This document shows positions 57,860 through 64,000 of a stretch of 64,000 nt of DNA, in pieces. The stretch comes from Cyanophora paradoxa CCMP329. Lineage: Eukaryota > Plantae > Glaucophyta. Where the stretch lies: NCBI GenBank assembly GCA_004431415.1, contig QPMI01000436.1, positions 124,001 to 188,000 of the forward strand, written 5' to 3'. A program made the position numbers and the translations under genes. Under the pieces are notes generated by a model. It saw only the letters and a program-made list of their open reading frames with translations, was not told where the DNA came from and searched no databases. Position 1 is the first letter of the stretch. Each line of letters opens with the position of its first letter.

Positions 57860-60800
57860 GCGGCGGCGCCCTCGCGACTGGCCCTCTCGCGATCGCAGGC
57901 TGCGGCGCCGACGGCGGCGCCGGCGGCGCCGGCCGGCGGAGATGTTAATGTTGCATGCGTAGGGCCGGCCGCGGCGGTACCAGTGTCATCTCCGCAGCCC
58001 GCAGAGGCGTCGCTTCCCCTCCGGTTTCTAAGGAGGGCGCCTCTCCTGCCCACCCCGCAGCCGCCGCAACCCTCGCCTGCCGCTCCAGCCCAGCCTGCCC
58101 CCGCCCCCAGCGCCAGCGCCAGCCGGGGTCCCTCCGGATCCGCGGCGCTGCGCATGCCGGAAGGGGCGATCGTGGCGACTGTTGACTCCAAGGCAGCAGC
58201 CGCCGCCATGGCTTCCGTGCACGCGCCGTCCTCGCTGGCTTCCACCCCGGGCCCGGCCTCGCAGGCCATGATCAGCCCGCTCCCTGTCACGACGGCCGTG
58301 GCCGCGCCGGCTGCAGCGGCACCGGCGCCGACGCCGGCCGCTCTCCCATTGCCTCCGCCTCCGCAAACGATGGCCGACCTGGAGGACTCCTCGCTCATCT
58401 GCCACGGCGCGGTGCGCGGCATCGAGTTTCCGTCGCCTGCTCGCGATTGCCTTTGCATGTCAAGTCTAGATCTGGCCGGGGGCTGATTCTGAGCTGAACG
58501 GCAGATATTATCTGGACAGCCGTGCCTCGACAAGAGCTGCGCGAAAATTCACGGTGCATAATTATATTGCGTCGGTTTCATTTTGGGCCGCGCTCATGGG
58601 AGGCTGCATGTGCAGACAAGCGCCTTCTCAAAGGCATCGCGTGCAAGAAATTCTGGACAAGCGGTTCTTGTGGGAAATCGGGCAGCAAATGCTGGTGAAT
58701 CTCTTTGCAGATGCTATTCGAATTCGCGCACTTGTTTCCATATGTTGATTCTGGATAAACTTTTGTTTTCCAGGTTTAACCACGAGACGAACTCGCCCCA
58801 TGCACTCGCCCGCATCCGTTTGCGGCTCGAGGCGGAGTGCTCGCGATCGGGTCTTCCCGCGGCTTCAGCTGTGGCAACGGAGTTGGCGGCGGAGCGGTCG
58901 GCGCAGTCGGTAGCAGCCGCGGCCGACGCCCCCGCGCATGCGGCAGCCACAGCAACAGTCGCTGCTCCTGCGACAGTCTCGATTGGCAACGATGCTCCTG
59001 CAGAAGCTGCAGCGGTCGCTTCTGCTGTTGCAGCTGGCGCTTCTGCGGCCATTGCGACGTCGACGGCAGCGGCTGCAGCAACGGTCGCTCCTCCGACAAC
59101 GGTCTCAACGGTCAACATCGCTTCAAATGCTGCAGCGACCGCGTCCAAAGCAGACGCTACTGCTCCCTCAACAGCGGCCGCACAGAAGCTGGCACTCGCG
59201 CCAGCAGTGGACCTCAAGACACCTGCAGCTACGGCTGCAGCTGCAGCTGCCGCCGAAGCATCTGCAGCCGCGCCTCCGTCTCAGGCCGCGGTCGCTTCCA
59301 AGGCCTCTACCACCCACTCGGAGGCGTCAGTCACGAAGACATACACGGCCACAGAACAAGCGCCTGGGCCGGCGTACGCCCTCTCCAGGCCTGCAGCTGG
59401 CCAGAGCCACGGGGACGGCTACCTCAACAAGATTTTCACAGAGTTGTTGGGCGAAGCAGGCGGTTTCCTATCTACCGCCCAACTTGGCTTGCGTTTTCGG
59501 GAGAAGGTCGGGGAGATCGCGGCCGAGCTGCTGTTACCTCTCTCCTCGGAGTGTGGAATGGACAGGCTCTCGGCCCACTTGCGCCGGTGGGAACCCGTCA
59601 CTGCTTTCCTTCGATCTCTTCTTTTGAACAGTCTGTTGTGCAGATTTCCCGACCTCTTCGACATTTCTGGGCAGGAAACCGCCTTTCGAGTGTCCCTGCG
59701 GAGCGGCGTTGATGGGACGGGTCTGCGGCCGCCTGCGACCGCACCGGTACCGGCGATACCGAGCAAACCAGTTTGGTGCGCCTCTCAAATTTTCCTTTTC
59801 TCCTTCTCACTTATATCCCGCCCAGCATCCCGCCACCACAGGATTGTGCACACATAAATTCCCAGATAGCAAAAGCTACGCAGTTGCCACAGCCCGAACG
59901 TGTGCTGTAACCCGGCCCTCCCATCGACCGCAATGGGCACGTGCACGTGTCTGAGATGGATCGATATCGCAGTGGCGGAGCAGATCGCTGAAACGCTGGT
60001 CGACATCCTCCGCGCGCGGGGGCCGCAGGAATGCGACGTGGCAACACTCGCACAGGCGTTCGACAAGCAGGTACGCGTGTAACGCACTTTATAATAATTA
60101 GCTAGATCTTAAAAGCCCATTCGGAATCGCGACCTCGAATTCGAATTCGAATTGGCTGACCGGGGCCGTTGCCGCAGACCGGCAAGTCCTTTGCTGCAGC
60201 TCTTGGGAAGAATGCCAACGCATCCCTGACCAGTTTCTGCATGTGGTTCGCATGGAATTATATTTCCGCTTCCGCTTTACATTTGCGCTGCAAATGCCAT
60301 TAACAATTTTAATTCGGGCTACTCTCTCCACCGTCAGCTATCCGCACCTGTTCTCGCTCCGTTGTAATTGCAAAAGCGGGAAGAAGCTTAAGCCTATGGT
60401 ATATGTGACGCTTCGGTCCGATGCCGCTGCCGGTACGTATACGCTTCAAATTAGTTTCACGCTTTTGGGGTGCTGCTTACTGTGGGCTTCGCAACGGGCG
60501 TGCAGGAGTTTCGAATTCTCTGCTCCCATCTCCGCAGCCCGCAGCCGCATCGCTTCCCCTCCGGCCGCCGCCCTTCGTGCCCGCGGCCGGCGCCGGGGGG
60601 ACGGCCCTCCTGCCTACCCCGCTGCAGCCCTCGCCTGGTTCTGCAGCTGCCACCCAGCCCGCGTTCCTTGGACCTCCCCTTTCATGGACCACGACCTCCC
60701 TCGCGATCGGCTTTAATGTCTCCAGCCATGAACCACCGCTTTCATTTGTGGGGCTCGACGCTCGTGCTCCAACCAACGCTCCCGCAGCCGCCCCATTCTT

Positions 60801-62183
60801 CTTCTCGCAGCCGACATGTACAGCCCCATCCACGCATATGGCTGGAGCGACTCTGGATTTCCCGCCGGGCTACCATCGGCTGCAGCCTCAGACGCAGCCG
60901 CAGCCTGCCCCCGCGCCCAGCGCCGCCAGCCCGCGGCCGGGTCCCTCGGGATCCGCGGCGCTGCGCATGCCAGAAGGGGCGATCGTGGCGGCGCTGCAGG
61001 AGTGCCTGCGGGAGGCCGGCGGCTCCGCCCCGCCGGCCGCTCTCGCCTCCGCCCTCCGCGCCAAGGTGCCCCAACTTCAATTCATATAACTTCTTCTCAG
61101 AGTCTTCTTCAAGGCTTTAGCTTCGTCCTCTGCCAGGTTGGGCGCACGTTCGTGGAGGCGGCGGGGGACCCCAACTTTCTCGCCCTCGTCCGCCGGTGGG
61201 CAGATCTGGATCTAGAGCCGTCGAAAATTCAACCAAAATACTCTAGATCTTAGCAGTCGAATTCTACTTCATATAGCTCTAGAGATCATAAGCTTCGCTA
61301 TTTGATCGTTTACGTTATCCCTCGTCCGCCGGTGGGCAGCTGCAGACTCGGTGCAGAGCCGTTGAAAGGAGAATAGCAATTCTACATTACTTTAGCAGTC
61401 GAATTCCACTTCATGTAGCTCTAGAGAAAATAAGCTTCAAATAGCTCTGGAGATAATAAGCCACTTTCCTCGCCCTCGTCCGCCGGTGTGCAGATCTGGA
61501 TCTAGAGCCCTCGAGACGAGAATAGCAGTCGAATTCTACTTCGTACAGAGATAATAATAAGCTTTGCTGTAAAATCATTTACGTTATCACACACACACTA
61601 AGAGAATGTTCGGACGTGTCCCTCGGGCTCTGTCTGAGTGTGCCTTTGTCTGTGCGCGCAGGCACCCCGGGGAATTCCGGCTGGTCCCGGCGAGCTCGAG
61701 CCCCGCCCCGGGCCTGGGCCAGGCCGGGTGCGAGGGTGGCATCGCCTCCGCCTCGGCCTCTGCCGGATCCGGAATCGTTGCGATCGCCCTGGCGTCGTCG
61801 CAGTCGGCCGCACTGCCGCCGGCTGCTCCTAAGCCAATCGCCTCGAGCTCGTCAGCGTCTTCACAATCACCGGCCCCGTCTCCCTCGCCCCACAAAGGTG
61901 CGCGCGGCCGGCGCCCGGCCCGCAGCCACCCAAGCGTGATTCAAATTTGATCGAATATTGAATATATACTGGTGCTGACGACGGCCGGGCGCGCGCAGTG
62001 GCCCCGCCCTATAGGCCTCTCCTGCACCGCTACAGCCCCCCAGCATGCGCAGCGGCGCCGGCGCCCGCGCCCGCGCCCGCGGCAGCGGAGCAGCCAGCTG
62101 CTGTGGTCATGGCAGCCGATGGGTCCGACCAAGGCGCGGAGCTCGCCGAGGGCCGAGGCCAGCGGTGCGCCGGCGGACTATAG
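51374..62183 (+). CDS. Paralog D: vWA-like + Ig/FW-like + IFI44-like GTPase + 8 LOTUS-like domains + 2 tandem-CCCH units
   Basis: Core 51374-53965. LOTUS-like units at ~54490, 54870, 56050, 56570, 57333, 59415, 59965 and 60967. CCCH pairs LICQRS|IVFNQPCLDKDCTKVH|DKRLLKGIACKKFWTDGSCGKSGSECW|FNH (55370-55790) and LICHGA|ILSGQPCLDKSCAKIH|...CKKFWTSGSCGKSGSKCW|FNH (58375-58795). Apparent G-run frameshifts near 52180-52460. Confidence 0.82.
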
Positions 62184-63494
62184 TCAGCGTCGACGGAGTG
62201 TCTAGTCTTAGAGCCTGTGGTCAAGTGACCAATTGCAAGGGCTTACGGTGGATACGGATGCCTTCACGGCGGATACTTAGGCCCGGCCATGATCCAAAGT
62301 CGTTCTAACTATAATATTAATTATTGTCGAGGCATTATGGTGGACACATGCATATGCAGATATCAATCGGTGCATGTTTATCATGTTCATCAGTGCATGT
62401 GGCAAGCGCGTGGCATGCATATGGCATAAGCTCGAATTCGCAACGTTAACAGGATGGCTACGTATACGTGTACGAAGAATTCAAAGCTCTGAGCTTTAAT
62501 TTATACAGCTTTAGCTACGCGAATTCAAAGAAGGGGCTGGCTTGGCTCAGGATCCAGATTCCGAAGTTCGGGGATGCCTCAGCTGCAGGAAGCTCAGGAT
62601 AACGCGTACGAATTTAAAGAATGATCATGATGTGAACATAATCGTGAGCTCGAGACACGCGACGTATACACGCGAGCTCGAGGCACTTCGATTCGGAAGT
62701 TCGGCAGCTACACACATACAGAGCTAGCTATAGCGCCACCATAACTCAGAGAGACAAGTAGTGGCCGCGATCGACACTAGTGAATCAGGGGGTGTGTTCT
62801 TATGCGTGGAACAGGCATAAGAACCGAAATTCTAATGGAAAGTGACCATAAGAACACAGCTTTCTTACGGTCCGATTTGTATGGTAACCGTGTGACAAAC
62901 CATAAGAAACGGGCCATGATTCATTGGAACAAACGTAAGAGTCCTACGGTTGTTCCACGGTCAGCTGTTCTCATGCATGAGAACGCGATATTTCGAGCAA
63001 GTATACACATATGCATGTGGCCACCAAGTGGAATATACTACCGACCATGCATTATTATTCTAATTGCCAAGTTGACTACTATAGCTAAAGCTAGGCTACA
63101 ATGGGGTGACAGGATGATCATGACAGGGGGGTGGAGAGCTAGGCTATTGATGATCAGGTCTACTAGGCTAGAGGAAAGAATTCGAACGATGAGGAATACA
63201 GATCGGGAAAACACTAGAACTGGTGTTGTCCGACGGTCACACAGTGTGAACGTTTCTCGCAATCGTTCGTGCTGACAACGCCAGGCATAACCGGTGCCAA
63301 TTCGGCATTACATACGAATACGTAGATTTAAACGCTACGCCTAGAATCTGAATGTGATTCGATAGCGACCGTTGCGCAACCGTTGCGTACATGTGGAGGC
63401 GCCTCGTAGTCTGCCAGTGCACGCGCACGTGGCCGCGGGCGCAGCAGACCCCGGGGCGCCGGCGCCGCGTGCACGCCCGCGGCGACTGGACTTA

Positions 63495-64000
63495 CACCTT
63501 GAGGCGGCTGAGGTAGCGGAGCTTGAGGGTGAAGTGCGGCGCCGTCGCCGGCTGATCGGGCCAGCCGGGCTGCTGGTAGGTGGCAACCTTGCCGCCCTTG
63601 ATGCGGCCGTCGTACAGAAGGGTAAGGAGGTTGTCGAGCTGCGCCCTCGCCTGCGCAGACGCGGAAGGGAGCGCGAGGCTCGTTCGATCAGACAGTTTCA
63701 ACGGCTTAAATAAATACATGTTTACGCACCAGCGAGATGTAGAGCTTCTTGGTGGCGCGGGAGAGGAGGCAGAAGGGCTTGATGTAGAGGGCGGGCTGGA
63801 CGGGCGGGTCCGCGAGGACCGGGGGTGCGTCGAGGTTCTTCTTCGCCTTCTCAGCCGCCAGATCGGCCGCGTGGAGCCTCTGCTCCGCCTTCAAGATCTC
63901 CTCGCGATCGCCCTGCTGCTGCGCCTGCGCCTTCAAGACCATCGCTCCCGCCTTCTCCTCCTGCGCCTTGGCGTGGATTTCCTCGCGCCGGGTCCACACT
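63495..64000 (-). CDS. Partial hypothetical protein entering from the right edge
   Basis: Exons ...EEIHAKAQEEKAG...AEKAKKNLDAPP...KKLYISL|AQARAQLDNLLTLLYDGRIKGGKV...LRYLSRLK with a GT-AG intron and coding-like codon bias. Confidence 0.5.

Noticed and set aside
1-64000. tRNA, rRNA or transposase/RT coding genes
   Set aside because: No recognisable cloverleaf, rRNA signature or DDE/RT/RepHel motifs seen by eye; small ncRNAs cannot be excluded without covariance searches.

Overview
GC-rich, intron-dense eukaryotic genomic DNA. Introns are mostly 50-90 nt, there are many GC-AG donors, and non-coding DNA is rich in palindromes. The style resembles a glaucophyte such as Cyanophora, but that is an unverified inference. 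Most ORFs in the six-frame track are fragments or shadows; the gene models here were spliced by hand. Positions 1-26 kb hold mostly housekeeping genes: a tandemly duplicated multi-pass membrane protein, a gankyrin-like ankyrin protein, an RCC1-repeat protein, RPL13, an ATG14/VPS38-like protein, SRRM1, a ZUP1-like peptidase C78 and a NEK kinase. Positions 26.5-33.5 kb are a lower-GC interval with a Cys-rich ETDVDCGG-motif gene and a ~970-bp Helitron/Helentron-like non-autonomous insertion. The highlight is 33.8-62.2 kb: three paralogous large genes sharing a degenerate vWA domain, an Ig/NBR1-FW-like domain and an IFI44-like P-loop GTPase. Each is followed by a differently shuffled array of tandem CCCH zinc fingers and 4-8 LOTUS/OST-HTH-like domains, and one ends in a complete U-box. 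A coiled-coil gene with a possibly TIR-like C-terminus sits head-to-head inside the cluster. This looks like a candidate RNA-sensing innate-defence locus in a protist. Domain calls come from motif recognition, not database searches.
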